Source: Octopus sinensis
Taxonomy: Eukaryota
Direction of reading: 5' to 3'
Length of the DNA stretch: 64,000 nucleotides
Assembly: GCF_006345805.1 (NCBI RefSeq)
Contig: NC_042997.1
Span: 145,638,001 to 145,702,000 of the forward strand
Position numbers and translations under genes: made by a program. Numbering within the stretch: the stretch's first letter is position 1; every line of letters begins with the position of its first letter. The notes beneath the pieces were generated by a model. It was not told the DNA's origin, ran no database searches, and was given only the letters and a program-made list of their open reading frames with translations. Shown here in pieces: positions 36,565 through 54,589 of this stretch.

Positions 36565-38570
36565 CATACATGTAGATTGGATCTGTAGCCTTCGAATTAG
36601 CTTTCTCCTTTCTGGTTTTGAGAAGCTTAATCTCTCAAGATTGTTATTTAGGCAGTGTGTTACGTATCCCAGAGCCCCAATAATTACAGATATAAACCCG
36701 AACTTGTAACCTGGATAGAGTAACTGTAGATTTCTCAATAATTCCGCATAGGTGTTCTCTTTCTCAGTGATTTTCAGCTTTATGTTAACATTTGCTGGGC
36801 AGCTAACTTCCATAACAGTGCACAGTTTCTCTTCTCTATCCCAAATCCGTATATCATGTCAGTTGTGCTTACATTTTATTGAGGTCTTCACTGGTACATT
36901 CCACAAGTATTCCTTTTCATTGTGAGTGGCTATGACATATACCATATTGTGGGTTCTTATTTCTTTGTCCTCAGGATTATCCTTCCGACGGATTTCATTA
37001 GGGAGTATTCTAGCTACAGCGTCATGTCTCATCGGTAGATAATACAGTGATGACGTTTTCGGACAACCGTTTATGATGTGTGTGATATCTTCAGTGCGAA
37101 CTCTACAAAGTGTGCTTCGGTTGTCACATTTTACGGCTTTCCCCCCATCTCTATCTCTCTTGTGCATCAAGTCCTTGGTTGATATTTCCTTTTCCTGAAT
37201 TGCAAACACATAATCTTCAAAGTGGGAGGCAATAATCCGGCTTTTCGTCCATGATAAGCTTCTTTGATGATCGATGCTACTATCATCACGGAGGTTTTTA
37301 CTAACATATCCATGCATAATCTTCTGCTCATATAGGCTCATCCTTTCATCTGATGATACACTCTGGTAGAATCGTGCGACTTCTTTGGACATGTATTCTA
37401 GGTTATCAGACAGAGTGTTGCTCAAGGAGCTGGCCTCCAAGTCTTATGATGTCATCAGCCTCATGTATGCAAACTTGGTCAAGGGATGCACTTCGATGCT
37501 TGGAAGTTAAAAGATGTTGCCGAAGGGATATGATGCGACCTTCAGAGGCATTTTTAATCAATGTTAAGCTTCTGCCGTCTTGTTTATGTTTTAGGTATAA
37601 GCGTTCTACGTCACTGTTTATGTGGAAATTACGTGTGCTTGTTAGTATTTTTCGGGTTTTCACATCAATGGCACGGATCTCATCAAGCGTCCAATCAAGC
37701 AGCCCAAATGTTGGTATGAGTACTGGCACTGCAAACACTTTATAGGCCACTGTTTTATTGAATGCAGAGTGTTCTGAGGTCAATATTTTCTATATTCGGC
37801 TGTAATATTCTGTAGTGACACGTGTTTTGTTACAGGTGCCATTATAAGATATGTTTTCATCCACCCATAGATACCTGTAACATTCCTCGTCAGATACAGG
37901 GTAAGCAGTCAAATCATTGACGGATATGTTATTTGTTTGGTTTATAGGTTTCTCCCTTTTCACAACCATATAACAGCATTTATCCTGACCAAACTCCATC
38001 TCTACACTCTTTTAAGAATGCTGTAACTAGGTCAAGGCTCTTTTTCATCTCATGCATATTCTTCGCATAAAGTTTTAAGTCATCTACAAAGAAAGAGTGT
38101 GTAATTTTGGTATTTCTGTTTCCTTGTGAACCACTGAGATACCCTTCAGACTTCCTTAACATGAGTGACAAGTGGTTTACAGAAAGTATAAACAATATCA
38201 CAGAGAGGCTGTCTCCTTGGAACATGCCTTTGCGATATTGTATTCCATCGGTGATAATACAGACACACTTTGTATTTAATTTCAAGAGGGTGCCCCTCGA
38301 TGAAGTCAGATCAGCTATGGCTTTGATTATTCTCACTGGAACTTTAGCAAGTTGAAGGGCTTCTAGCATCCGTGAGTGGGGAACAGAGTCAAGGGCTTTC
38401 TTGTAATCTAGCCAAATTGAAACCAAGTTCCTCCTATGCTCCCGCACCTCTGACATCACAGTTTTGTTGATTAGCAATTGCTCGGCATATCCTCAGGCTC
38501 CCTTCTTCCCAGCTACTTGTTCAGCTGTGACAATGTTATTGGTTTCTCAATGGTTTTGGAGGAAAAGGTT
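36565..38570 (-). mobile_element. R4/Dong-clade non-LTR retrotransposon remnant (RT + CCHC + restriction-like endonuclease)
   Basis: EQLLINK, WLDYKKALDSVPH, GMFQGDSLS, FFVDDLKLY, EFGQDKC, CRV..EDITHIINGC...YLPMRHDAVA, KHN*HDIRIWDREEKLCTVMEVSCP, IIGALG; broken across five ORF fragments; truncated at both ends. Confidence 0.92.
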
Positions 38571-39353
38571 TAAACATGTTGTATATATTTTATACATTAA
38601 GCGCGTTTATGTATGTATGTATTTATGCATGTATGTATGTTTGACATTAACAGCCTTTCCCGCTGCTTCCACGTGCCAAATTCACTCGCAATAAGGCATT
38701 GGGCGGCTCGGGTTGTAAAAGAAGATACCTGCTCAAGCTGTCGCATATTACGACTAAACATGAAACCACATGTTTGTGGAGCAAGCTTCTCAAGTTAAAA
38801 ATAAAGGAACTGTGGTAGTTTTGATCGTCTAATCATTTCAGGTGGCGCTCCAGCATGGTCGCAATCCATCGACTGTTGTTCTGGCTGTTTAACTCTATAA
38901 ATCGAGGACAATCCAACTGTGACCAAACTGCTACTTAGGTTTATGGAAACAAGCATGACAAAAAAGGTCGTGGGTTGATCTACTCTAGATTTTGAGAGGT
39001 CGTTGATACTTTTGACGTATACTATGCCATGTCTTTCATGGCAGTGAACACGCTCAAGGACCGTTACATATGATGACCCGGTTCGTTCGTGATCCATTGA
39101 CTGAAATAAGTAAACGAATAAAAGATTTCACAAAATATTGTTTTACCATTGAATTTTGCGGTTTTGTGACGTGAAGAAGGAGGAAATTGTGCGGTCACGG
39201 ACGTAGCAGGGGGCTGGTTATAAGGAGTAAGTAGTATATTAACTAGATTTATTTAGATTATCGTTGTTGTTTAGCCCATGTTTTAGCCCTGATCAAATGA
39301 ACCTATCCTCAAAGTATCACTAGACTTTCATTCTTCAGTCAATGTATATAGAT

Positions 39354-39588
39354 GCAGGCATGGTTGTGTGGTAAGAAGTTTCCTTCTCAACCACATAATA
39401 CTGGGTTCACTCCCACTACGTGGCATCTTGGACAAATATCTTCAACTATAGCTTCGGGCCGACTAAAGCCGTTTGAGTAGATTTGGTTGAAAGAAACTGA
39501 AAGAAGGTTGTTGTGTGTGCGTGTATGTGTGTGCGTGTGTGCGAGAAAGAGAGAGAGAGAGAGAGTGAAATATATATATATATATATA

Positions 39589-39622
<34 letters not shown>

Positions 39623-39856
39623 TGTGTGTGTGTGTGTTTGTCTCTATATTTGTTTCACATCACTGATTGACAACCGATTTTTGTGTGTTTACGTCCTCGT
39701 AACTTAACGTTTCGGCAAAAGAAGACAATAGAATAACCACCAGGTTTTTAAAAAACGAGTAATGGGGTCGACTCATTCGACTAATATTCTTCAAGGTAAT
39801 GCTCCAGCATGACTACCGTCTCATGACTGAAACAAATAAAAAGTAAAAGGTAAAGG
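39354..39856 (+). mobile_element. SINE-C, full length with (TG)(GA)(TA) core
   Basis: GCAGGCATGGTTGTGTGGTAAG head, ATGACTGAAACAAATAAAAAG tail. Confidence 0.82.
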
Positions 39857-39916
39857 GTTTTTATAGTACTATTATCCATTGGCGGGGAATTTGGTTGTTT
39901 ATTTATGTATGCATGC

Positions 39917-39949
<33 letters not shown>

Positions 39950-42049
39950 TGTATGTATGTATGTATGTATGTATGCATTGCTGGGGAATTTGGCTGTTTA
40001 TTTATTTATTTATTTATCTGTTACAGGTTAAGCAGCAGCTATGAATATGCACCTTCGTCGAGGAATTAAATCACGGAGATGTGATACTGTTTACAACTTT
40101 AAAGATTAAACGCTATAGAAGTAAAGAAACGATGAGTTGCATATTCATTCTTAATACTTTCCGATGAATTCGGACACGGACATGCTAATCGCTGTTGTAT
40201 TTCGTCGTTGGAGAACAACTTTCAGGCGAATGTGTGTTTATAACACACTCGATTCATTAGGGTAAGGGTAAGGGGGTTCTGAGACACCCAGTGTTTCGAC
40301 ATCATTGTATTTCGTCAGCCAATGGCACACGGGACTAATGAATTTAACGAGTGGCCGTAGTTCTTGTCTATAACTTCATCAAACAAATTATTTGCTGAAC
40401 CGTGCTGATATCTTTCAACCAGTAATAAACCATCCTATGCGTGGTGATCTGTGAGGTTCAAAGCCATGACTTGCATACTTGCTCTTAATATGTGCTGGCA
40501 GATTCGAACTCGAATGTGCTAATCGCTGTCGTGTTTCAGGCAGGTAACAGCGTATTTGTGGTTTTAGCTCCCTTAAGGTTATCTCCCGTTATGCTAGTGG
40601 ATGAAGTATATTAGTGAGTAAAATTTCGGTCCGTTTCCCAGATGTACAGAATAAAACTATACTTACGTATGAAGAGTACAACAAGCATAATGAACCAACA
40701 TTTGTCTCAAGAATCAACAACTCTTCAAAAAAAAAACCAAAAAAAAACCCCAAGTATTATTTGGTATTGATGAGATTGATGAGGAAACCTTGTTTGGCTG
40801 AAGTAAGGGGTGCGTTCGTTGGATGTTGAATAACTTTAGTGAAACGAGTGTTAAGCATAATGTTTTATGTTCTTAACTTTCATCAAAGAGTAGTAAAAGG
40901 CGAAGTAGTAGTTTGGCTAGCGACCAGTGCAATCAGTCGGACTACCAAAGCAGTATTCGTATGCAGTCTCAATCTAGATCCTGCTAAGATCAATTTTGCC
41001 TTTCATCCTTTTGCAGACTACAAATAAAGTGTTAATTTAGTACTGTAGACAATTTCTCTCTCTGACGTTGTCTCTCTGTCTTTCTATTCCCCCTGTCTCT
41101 TGGGTGTAACCGGAATTCAAGTTACAGCCTTGACATATTATGAGCAGACTGATTCGGTCTGAGATTTACTTTAAGAGTATACGTGTCTGAGGAATACCCA
41201 GCGACTTACACTTCAACTTCATGAGTAGGAAATCAGTTGATCAAACTACTGAATGCCCACCGTCGAGACCGGAGGAAAATCCAGCTAATCCCTGATGAAC
41301 GGTGTTACCCGAGTGATGATAGCTATTACAAGGGGTATAATTATTTCTTCATAATATGAGACGGGGTTAGTAATATGAAGTAGAAATTAAGGAATTATAA
41401 GGAAAATCAGGCATATATTTTTTTTACATATTTAATTGTTTTGTTTACTTATTACGAAGGTCTTACAATTTCCTAGTTGGTGGTAAACATGTATAGAACC
41501 ATTTAATCCTTTATAGAAACCAATTTCATGTTATTAGTTATGGCTTATTAATTAACTGTTATTTAACGAAGTGGGGTAATTCATTAAAGATGAAAGCAAT
41601 TACAATACGAAAGAAAATCATAGGATGTGATATTTGTCTTGTTCCTCCTTTGATCGTTAGTATCCTTAGAAAATATATTAGACGTTCTAAAGGCGGTGCT
41701 CCAGCATGGCCACAGTCAAAATGACTGAAACAAGTATGAGAGTATGAGAGTTCTGAATCCCAGCATTTATAAAGATTTATTTAAAATGTGCTTTTGTTCA
41801 TGGGTGACGATGACTTAGTTGATGACTGTGGGATTGAAATATTTGCTTACTGTATCTTGACACTATTGAATGTGACTTGAGCAAGGTAATAAAAATAACC
41901 CCTGTTGGACTTATTTCGATCGTCACTGCTCCAACGTGTCGTGTATATCTGATATGAAGTGTTTAACTTGCATATGGATCGTGTTTGTGGGTAATATTTT
42001 TGAGAAGGGAACTGTGATGTATAAGAGTGCGTATGTATTAAGAACTATG

Positions 42050-42250
42050 AAGATTAAAACCATTGGTCAACTCTAGCAGAGCTACGATCAAAAATATTCC
42101 ACTCCTGACCATCACGCATTTTTTGTATATCACAAACTTACATTGTTAATTATATCCTAATTTAATGTAATACTAAAGAGCGTGGTTTAAGGGAAATTTA
42201 GTTGCTACTTCTAGCAGATGTAGTAACCATGCATATTCTCCCTTGCTGGC
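42050..42250 (-). mobile_element. Old dispersed repeat (family D, core CTGCTAGAAATAGCAGCCAAATCT..CAAATCACAC); related pieces near 890, 6208, 6785, 7080, 48140, 55900, 58160
   Basis: Recurrent degenerate motif; class not determined. Confidence 0.5.
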
Positions 42251-42929
42251 TCCTATAACTGTGTTTCATTGTGTGATGACATTGAATCTTACTTCCTATA
42301 TTTTCGTGGGAAAATAATCATGTTTCTCACAATCTTTCTATTCCGCTCTGCTAAAATGTCTGGCATTTAAAACAATTATTCAACATGGCTCTCAGTTAAA
42401 CATCCTTATGCTGTGAGCTTAAAATATAATCTGTGCCGGCTTATTCTTTCATCTATCGCCGGCCATGAACTAGATACTAGCTATGCATTTCAATGGAAAA
42501 TGCATAACTTGGAAGAGATCAGTTTCTTTAATAAATTCTGACATTCATATCTTTGCTTATCGCTGTTATATATATTAAAGAATCTTTTCAAACCTAATGC
42601 AGTCACTTTGTCAAAGATATATTCAAAGTGTTATGAAGTTAGTCGTGTGTGCATACACGAAGGTATTCATGTTTCTGGTATATGCATGAGATACGTGTAA
42701 GATTTAGAAACGGGGCCTTCGTATTTACATTCCTATTCACTCGGCTTTAGATTTCTTTGTTTCTTTGTTTCAGCTTCTCTTTGTGATTTTGTCGCCATCA
42801 CAACCATAGTCTCAAGCATTGATTGAATAAGTACGGTCATTGCTCTCTACCATTGAGGATTTATCAAACACTGCACACACTGCACACACTGCAACAACAT
42901 ATGAGAGATACAGCAGCAACCTCAACAGC

Positions 42930-46635
<3,706 letters not shown>

Positions 46636-46699
46636 AAACAAAACGGTTGTCTCCGGTCTTATGAATATTTCAAAGGAATATTCCTAGAATACATTCTGT

Positions 46700-47103
46700 A
46701 TGTGGTTCTTTTCATTTTAATCCTGTGGCTATGTGTTATCAACAAAAGACATTAATATAATCCATAATTTCTTATGGATGATTTGCAGCTCTTTACAGGA
46801 AAATATATATATTACAGCGAAATCGCAACAAAAATTTGGAAGACAAACACACAGCATACCAAAGAAGTTATGTGTATGCTTCCGTAAACTTGTGAATTAT
46901 GGTAACATTGACAGAAAATATAGACTAACTGAGAAACTTGGCTGCTATATCACGTCAGATTTAGAAAGTTATGCTTCTGCAATCCAAGAGCAGGAAATAG
47001 CTACAGAATACCTAATGAATAAAAGAGACAGTGAAGCCTTTTAACACCTAAGATGTGACAGAAAATGCTGATTATGTCACATTGCCGTGGAAGATATTAT
47101 AGT
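46700..47103 (+). mobile_element. Older, internally deleted R4/Dong-type LINE fragment
   Basis: HNFLMDDLQLF-like RT motif; LESYASAIQEQEIATEYLMNKRD; RCDRKC*LCHIAVEDI, homologous to 36565-38570. Confidence 0.78.
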
Positions 47104-47641
47104 CGCACACACACTCATACACACACTCATGCGCACACACTCATACACACACTCTCACACACATTTATTCTCTCGCATACATGCCACAAACATACATATA
47201 CATGTGGATACATCGGATCTCGTACGTACATGTAATAGCTAATTCTATGCAGACACGCGCGGGCACACACACACACACACACACACGCATGCATACATAT
47301 ACACAAGCATGTATACATATGTACACGCAAAGCACGTACTTGTATACATGTGTGGATGCAGACATGAACGTAGACACACGTACGAACGTGCGAACACACA
47401 TATGCGTGTGTATGTATATTGTGTTATGTACACAGGCATATCATGACATACAGTCCTTGTATTATTACACAGTCTGCATTCACACGTTTAATACTGGCTG
47501 ACATGTCTCTCTGACCCAACGAAATCTATCAGATGTTGCTGCTGCCGTTATTGTTCTTTCAATCCAAATAATCTATGATGAGATGACAAAGAGATTTATG
47601 ATAAAATACCATTCCATTCATAGGCATAGTATCTTTACTTA

Positions 47642-47960
47642 TGTGGAGGCGCAATGGCCCAGTGGTTAGGGCAGCGGACTCGCGGTCGGAGGATCGCGGT
47701 TTCGATTCCCAGACCGGGCGTCTTGTGTGTTTATTGAGCGAAAACACCTAAAGCTCCACGAGGCTTTGGCAGGGGGTGGTGGCGACCCCTGTTGTACTCT
47801 TTCGCCCCAACTTTCTCTCACTCGTCCTGTTTCTTGAGTAATGCTGCGATGGACTGGCGTCCTGTCCAGCTGGGGGGAACACATACGCCACAGAAACCGG
47901 GAAACCGGACCCATGAGCCAGGCTAGGCTTGAAAAGGGCGAGAATAACGAATAATAAATA
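47642..47960 (+). mobile_element. SINE-B variant with different central domain, 13-bp TSD
   Basis: TGGAGGCGCAATGGCCCAGTGGTTAGG head; same GCTGCGATGGACTGGCGTCC tail as SINE-B; TSD ATCTTTACTTATG at 47631-47643 and 47961-47973. Confidence 0.88.
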
Positions 47961-48852
47961 ATCTTTACTTATGGAATAATGTACCATCATCTACTGTATC
48001 CTGTTATCAGATTCTAGTGGGCACTTTGAGCAAAATTGAGCCACTATTTGCGGGCATAATTTCACCCCAGTCATGATCAAGTAGACGTTGTTTCAAATTC
48101 ATCCCTTTCTTATTTAGAGACGATCTGTGTGATATGACGAAGAGAGATTTAGCTGCTATTTCTAAGAGAAAACACGCCCATGTAGAAGCTTCGCTATTGT
48201 TGTTGTTTAGCTCCAGAACAACTCTGCTCGAGGAGACTTATGATTGTAAGCTTTTTCACACATGTGATCTACGTACTGCAACACAGATGGAATAGGTGAG
48301 AGGGCCGCATGGAGGACTATGTTAAAAAATAAACTTCATTTGGTCACATTCTATGAGAGTGTCTTGGTCAGCCTATGAACATTTCAGCCGACGCTCGATG
48401 TTTATTTTACTCCTGCATATGGAAACTACAGACTAATCTAGAATGTATGTATTCGTGGATTAAATCGATGATTGATCTAATTCACTATTTACATATTCCC
48501 AAGTATATATTTCTTTCCGGTGTCAACGTATATTTCTTCCCATTGTTTACACATTCCCGAGTATATATTTCTTTCCGTTGATATATGAAGGTGTTCTAAG
48601 TATATTTTGTTTCGTTTATTTTAGGCACAAGCATGGCCGTGTGGTCAAAAAGATCAATTTGCAGTCACGTGTATTTGGGTTCAGTTACACTGCGCAACAT
48701 CTTGGGCAGGTATCTTGTAGTATCACCCTGGACCGACCAATGCTTTGCTACGAAATTATGTTGGAGTGCGTCGTGTATCCATGTATGTATGTATGTATGT
48801 ATGTATGCATGTATGTATGTATGTATGTATGTATGTATGTATGCATGTATGT

Positions 48853-49110
48853 GCGCGTGGTGTAGTGGTTGGGATATTCAGCTCACGATCGTTAGGGCGT
48901 GAGTTGAGTTCCCGGTGACGCGTTGTGTCCTTGAGCGAGACTCTTCATTTTTACGTTGCTCCAGTCCACTCAGCTTGCAAAAATGAGAAGTACCTGTATT
49001 TCAAAGGCCCAGCCTTGTCACACTCTATGTCACGCTGATCTCTCTGAGAACTGCGCAAAGGCTACACGTGTCTGTGCAATACTCAACCACCTGCACATTT
49101 ATTTCACGAG
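48853..49110 (+). mobile_element. SINE-B variant with tail 3
   Basis: CORE-like CCTTGAGCGAGACTCTTCATTTTTACGTTGCTCCAGTCCACTCAGC followed by unrelated tail. Confidence 0.72.
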
Positions 49111-49244
49111 CACAACCACCCGCACTTTAATTTCCGTTGATCGTATCAGCATGGACCCTCGTCGTACCCGGCAGAGTGCTCCTATGTATGTATGTATGTA
49201 TATATGTATGTATGTAGGTATGTATATATGTACACACACACACA

Positions 49245-49297
<53 letters not shown>

Positions 49298-49303
49298 ACA
49301 TAT

Positions 49304-49636
49304 AACAGATTAAAAAGGGTGGTTTATTATCAATTAGAACCTAATAGCAAAATTGATTGAGGTGAGAAAAGTGACAGCGGGTACTGACTAGCGCCGCTTT
49401 TGCTGAAGATACAAGCGCACTTGGTCTACTTCAAAATCCGAAATCTCGGCTATATACTCTGGAGACTTACCTCTTTTGTCAGCTACCTAAGACAGTGCGC
49501 TTGTGACTTTGAGTTAGTTTAACTCTTACCTTTAGCAAAATCAGTGCTAGTCAGTAGCCTCTGTTACTTTTGTAACCTCTATTAATTTTCCCTTAAGGTT
49601 GTAATTGATAATAAAAGCCGCCCTTTTAAATTTGTT
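49304..49636. repeat. Inverted pair of unclassified family F (core AAAAGTAACAGAGGGTACTGACTAG)
   Basis: 49304-49421 aligns to reverse complement of 49494-49636. Confidence 0.75.
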
Positions 49637-49737
49637 GCTTACACTTTTACTATTTTCGAAATCAGCACACGTTTTCAATGGATTTTCTTAAAAGATTGAG
49701 ATAGGTAGCTGAGTTTAACCCTAGGCGTTAAAAGACG

Positions 49738-50098
<361 letters not shown>

Positions 50099-50640
50099 GT
50101 GAGAATTTACAAAAAAGCAAAAGACGAAGACGGGTGTGTAAACAACAAAACAGATGTATTAGTTTAACGTTCTTCGACCGAAAGGAACACAGGATTAAAC
50201 AGAGAGAGAAAATAGAAAAAAGGTATAGTGGCTAGCAATCTTTCATGGCGATTGCCGGACAGAGAGGTCACAAAAGTAACAGAGGGTACTGACTAGAACC
50301 GCTTTTGTTAAAGATAAAAGTTAAACTTACTCGAAGCCATAAACGCACTGCCGTAGGTGAATGACAAAGGGAGGTATGTCCCCAGCATGCATAGCAGGAT
50401 CGCGTATTTTAACTTATTGTATTCCCTTTCTTGAATACTTTCATGTAAACTATTTTTTAAAATTTTCTTATCATGATCAAATACCTAATAACTGTATTTT
50501 GATACTTTTGTGCTAATCATTTTTAACACAACAAAGCTTATGCAATGCTTTACATTTTACTTTTGATAACATTTTTTCTAAAAAGTGAAACCGGTGAAGT
50601 CCATAAACATCTCTAAAAGACCTTCGCATTTCCAAGACTT
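50099..50640. mobile_element. Family F copy abutting (TA)n; unclassified retroelement-like repeat
   Basis: Shares core with 49304-49636, and GGGAGGTATGTCCCCAGC...GTGCTAATCATTTTT with 54285-54485. Confidence 0.6.
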
Positions 50641-50723
50641 CTTTCATATATAACTTCACTCGTGCTGTTCCTAACAATTTACTTTGTTATGTATATACAT
50701 ACATACATACATACATACATACA

Positions 50724-50759
<36 letters not shown>

Positions 50760-50914
50760 TATGTATATGTATATATATGTACATATATATATTCATACAC
50801 ACATATATATATACACTTACATATATGTGTGAAGCATACACACATAGTATGGGTTTGTTTACATGCGTGTAAATTAGCAGCTCGGCCCGAAAGACCGACA
50901 AAATAAGACATACA

Positions 50915-51005
<91 letters not shown>

Positions 51006-51132
51006 GTACAATATATATATTCATACACATATTTATACACTTACATATATGTGTGTGTGCTTCACACCTAGTATGGGTTTGTTTACATCCGTGTAAATTA
51101 GCAGCTCGGCCCGAAAGACCGACAAAATAAGA
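50760..51132 (+). repeat. Local tandem duplication (~225-bp period)
   Basis: TAGTATGGGTTTGTTTACAT.CGTGTAAATTAGCAGCTCGGCCCGAAAGACCGACAAAATAAGA twice. Confidence 0.88.
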
Positions 51133-51501
51133 ACAATATATACAAATAAGTCTAAACTGTTTAAAGGCCTGTTCCACCAAAAACCGCAGTCTAATGACTG
51201 AAACAAATAACCGACAAAAGACAAAAGGCTAAAGACAAAAGATTAAAGATAAAAGATACCTTCTGTGTGCAAAATGATGTTATCAATATGTTGTGTATAA
51301 CACCCTCTATTTATTTCTTTTATCTGTTTGTTGTGTGTGTTGTTAAGGGTGATAATGGCAGGGCTGTATACAAAGTTCTTTGTTAGGAAGAAAATGGCTT
51401 ATTTGGTCGGAGAGTAATGAGTCTGTTCTTTTGAAGCTGGGTTTCTAAGGTGATTGATGCAGCTTTTGACTTGTGCAGCTGTGTCTGCTTAAGAATACAA
51501 G

Positions 51502-51571
<70 letters not shown>

Positions 51572-51667
51572 ACATATATATATATGTGTGTGTGTATATA
51601 TGTATATGTACACACATATATAGGTAAATACACATATGTATGCACATATATATACATGTATATATAC

Positions 51668-51709
<42 letters not shown>

Positions 51710-52189
51710 ATATATATATACACATATACATATATATGCACACATATATATGCATATATATATACATATACAAATATGTATGTATATACATATATATGAA
51801 TATATACATGCATACATGTATGTTTCTATATACCGTCAGCACATGCATATGATTAAAACAAAACTGAATGAGGAGATATATCTCAGAGCGCCAGTGGCTT
51901 GCAATGAACGACATAGACAAATACAGGTATATTAACTAATGTACAACATAAATTTGTGTCAAAATTATCACCACCTCTATATGAAGAGGCCATACCTGCA
52001 GAAAAGACAACTGTCTCATCCTCAATGGCATACCAATTTTGGAGAAATTTTGATTCTTGAAAATATATCACCATCTCAATAAATAATAAATATGACATAA
52101 ATAAATAAAATATATACGTATTATATTTATATATGTGCACACACACTTCTATGCAACATACATATATACACGTAGACACACCCATGTGA

Positions 52190-52655
<466 letters not shown>

Positions 52656-52704
52656 TCGTTTGCGTTTGTGCGTATGAGTATTTGTATGCTTATGTATATA
52701 TGTA

Positions 52705-52918
52705 TTCTTTTTTATTTGTTTCAGTTATTTGGCTGCAGTCATGTAGGAGCATCGCATTTTTAGTCGAACAAATCGACCGCAGGACATATTCTTTCTAAGC
52801 CTAATACCTTATTCTATCGATCTCTTTTAGCCGAACCGGCTAAGTTACAGAGACATAAACACACCAGCGTCGGTTGGTAAGCGATGGTCGGGGAGAAACG
52901 CAGATAGACAGACAGACA

Positions 52919-52952
<34 letters not shown>

Positions 52953-53140
52953 TACACACACATATACACACACACACACACACATGCATATATATACAGG
53001 ACAGGCTTCTTTAAGTTTCCGTCTGCCAAATCAACTCACAAGGCTTTGGTCAGCTCCAGGCTACAGTAGAAGACTCTTTCCCAAGGTTCCACGCAGTGCG
53101 ACTGAAACCGGAACCATGTGGTTGGTTAGCAAGCTACTTT
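52705..53140 (-). mobile_element. SINE-C with (CA)n core
   Basis: Family head, core and tail motifs. Confidence 0.8.
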
Positions 53141-53271
53141 ATTTCATTAAATTTGCCATGAAAGCATTACAAAGAGGGGATGAACAAAGACAGACAAACA
53201 TAAAAAGGTGAAGTAGCTGCTATAACGATTAAAAATTTATGATGATGAATTTATATGATACAATTAAAAAC

Positions 53272-53330
53272 TACAAATTACAAATTACAATTTACAAATT
53301 ACAAATTACAAATTACGAATTACAAATTAC
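53272..53330. repeat. 7-bp tandem repeat (TACAAAT)n, about 8 units
   Basis: Direct reading. Confidence 0.9.
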
Positions 53331-53399
53331 ATGATAACATGATACTCATTGCGATTTGCAATGAATTCTCTGAAGGAAAAGCATCTGACCACCAGAGTA

Positions 53400-54290
53400 G
53401 AACCTTTGCTATTTTTTTTTTCTTTGGACTCCACTTACCTGGTGCCAATTACTCCCAGCTTGCTTGCCACAGGCTTCCATCTTTTCACGAATCTATCTCG
53501 TGACAGGTACCTCTTCTCCAGACTGATATTACTACTGAGGTGGTAACTAAAAAAGTTAACCAACCCCTGGCCGGATACAAAGGTACCCGTCACTATACCG
53601 CTCACACACTTCTTCCATACTGTTTCTTTCAGTATGGCTACTACGCAGAAAAGGCAAGCCTTCCTTTCCCTGTTAAGGGAAGGAGGCGGCACAATCTCGA
53701 TGATAGACTCAGCTGATAGCTGTACTCTTCTCATCAATGAAAACTGTTCTTCTGCGAAAATTATCAGTCCCGTTCATTCCGGACATTCCACAAATGCGTG
53801 CAAGACGGTTTCCCTGTCCCACCCGCATCTCGGATATGTGGGTGAGACAGCACTTCCGTCCCTTCACAGTTTATCATGAACAGGTAACTCCACACGGAAG
53901 CACTGCCAAGCCAAGGATTTCTGGTAACTGTCCAGATATTCTAGCCCGAAAGCTCTTCTGAGCAAGTTGATCAACTGATTTTCACTGTTGCCTAGTGACA
54001 CACCCAAGGCGTCGTCAGACATAAATTCCACTAACCCGCTATAAAAATCCGCGGTGGAACTGCTGTTGCTGGAATACCTGACGGCACTCCAATTGCCAGT
54101 CCCCCAGTCTAGGTCTCTGCTTGATCCATGTACCACTGTCTGTTAAGGACGTTAATTTTGGAAAGTAGAACCGGACGTGCGGTGACCACACCTGCTCTCT
54201 ATCCAGGTAAAACCAGAGGTGCCTCAACCTTAACGCGAGTTTTCGCATCCTCAGCCAAGGCATCCCTAGCCTACCCTTTAGCGGTTAAAC
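53400..54290 (-). mobile_element. Tx1/L1-type LINE ORF2 C-terminal remnant (zf-RVT-like CCHC region)
   Basis: PLKGRLGMPWLRMRKLALRLRHL; AWQCFRVELPVHDKL*RDGSAVSPTYPRCGWDRETVLHAFVECP; reads to a stop near 53435. Confidence 0.8.
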
Positions 54291-54485
54291 TAACTCGAAG
54301 CCACCTCGAAGAATGACAGAGGGAGGTATGTCCCCAGCAAACATAGCCTCGATCGCGTCTTTTAACTTATTATATTCCCTTTTTTGAATACTTTCATGTA
54401 AACTGTTTTTAACATTTTCTTATCATGGTCAAAGACTGTATAACTGTATTTTAATACTTTTGTGCTAATCATTTTTTAACACAAG
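54285..54485. repeat. Family F segment fused to the 5' side of the Tx1-like remnant
   Basis: ~190 bp alignable to 50330-50530. Confidence 0.75.
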
Positions 54486-54548
54486 TAGTCCGGATACATT
54501 TTGATACTACCTTGTCTTATATTATATATAACACACACATACAAACAT

Positions 54549-54589
<41 letters not shown>

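Noticed and set aside
51883-52185. 100-aa minus-strand ORF with a TTTTCTGCAG acceptor-like site
   Set aside because: Starts in a microsatellite; no convincing donor or recognisable domain
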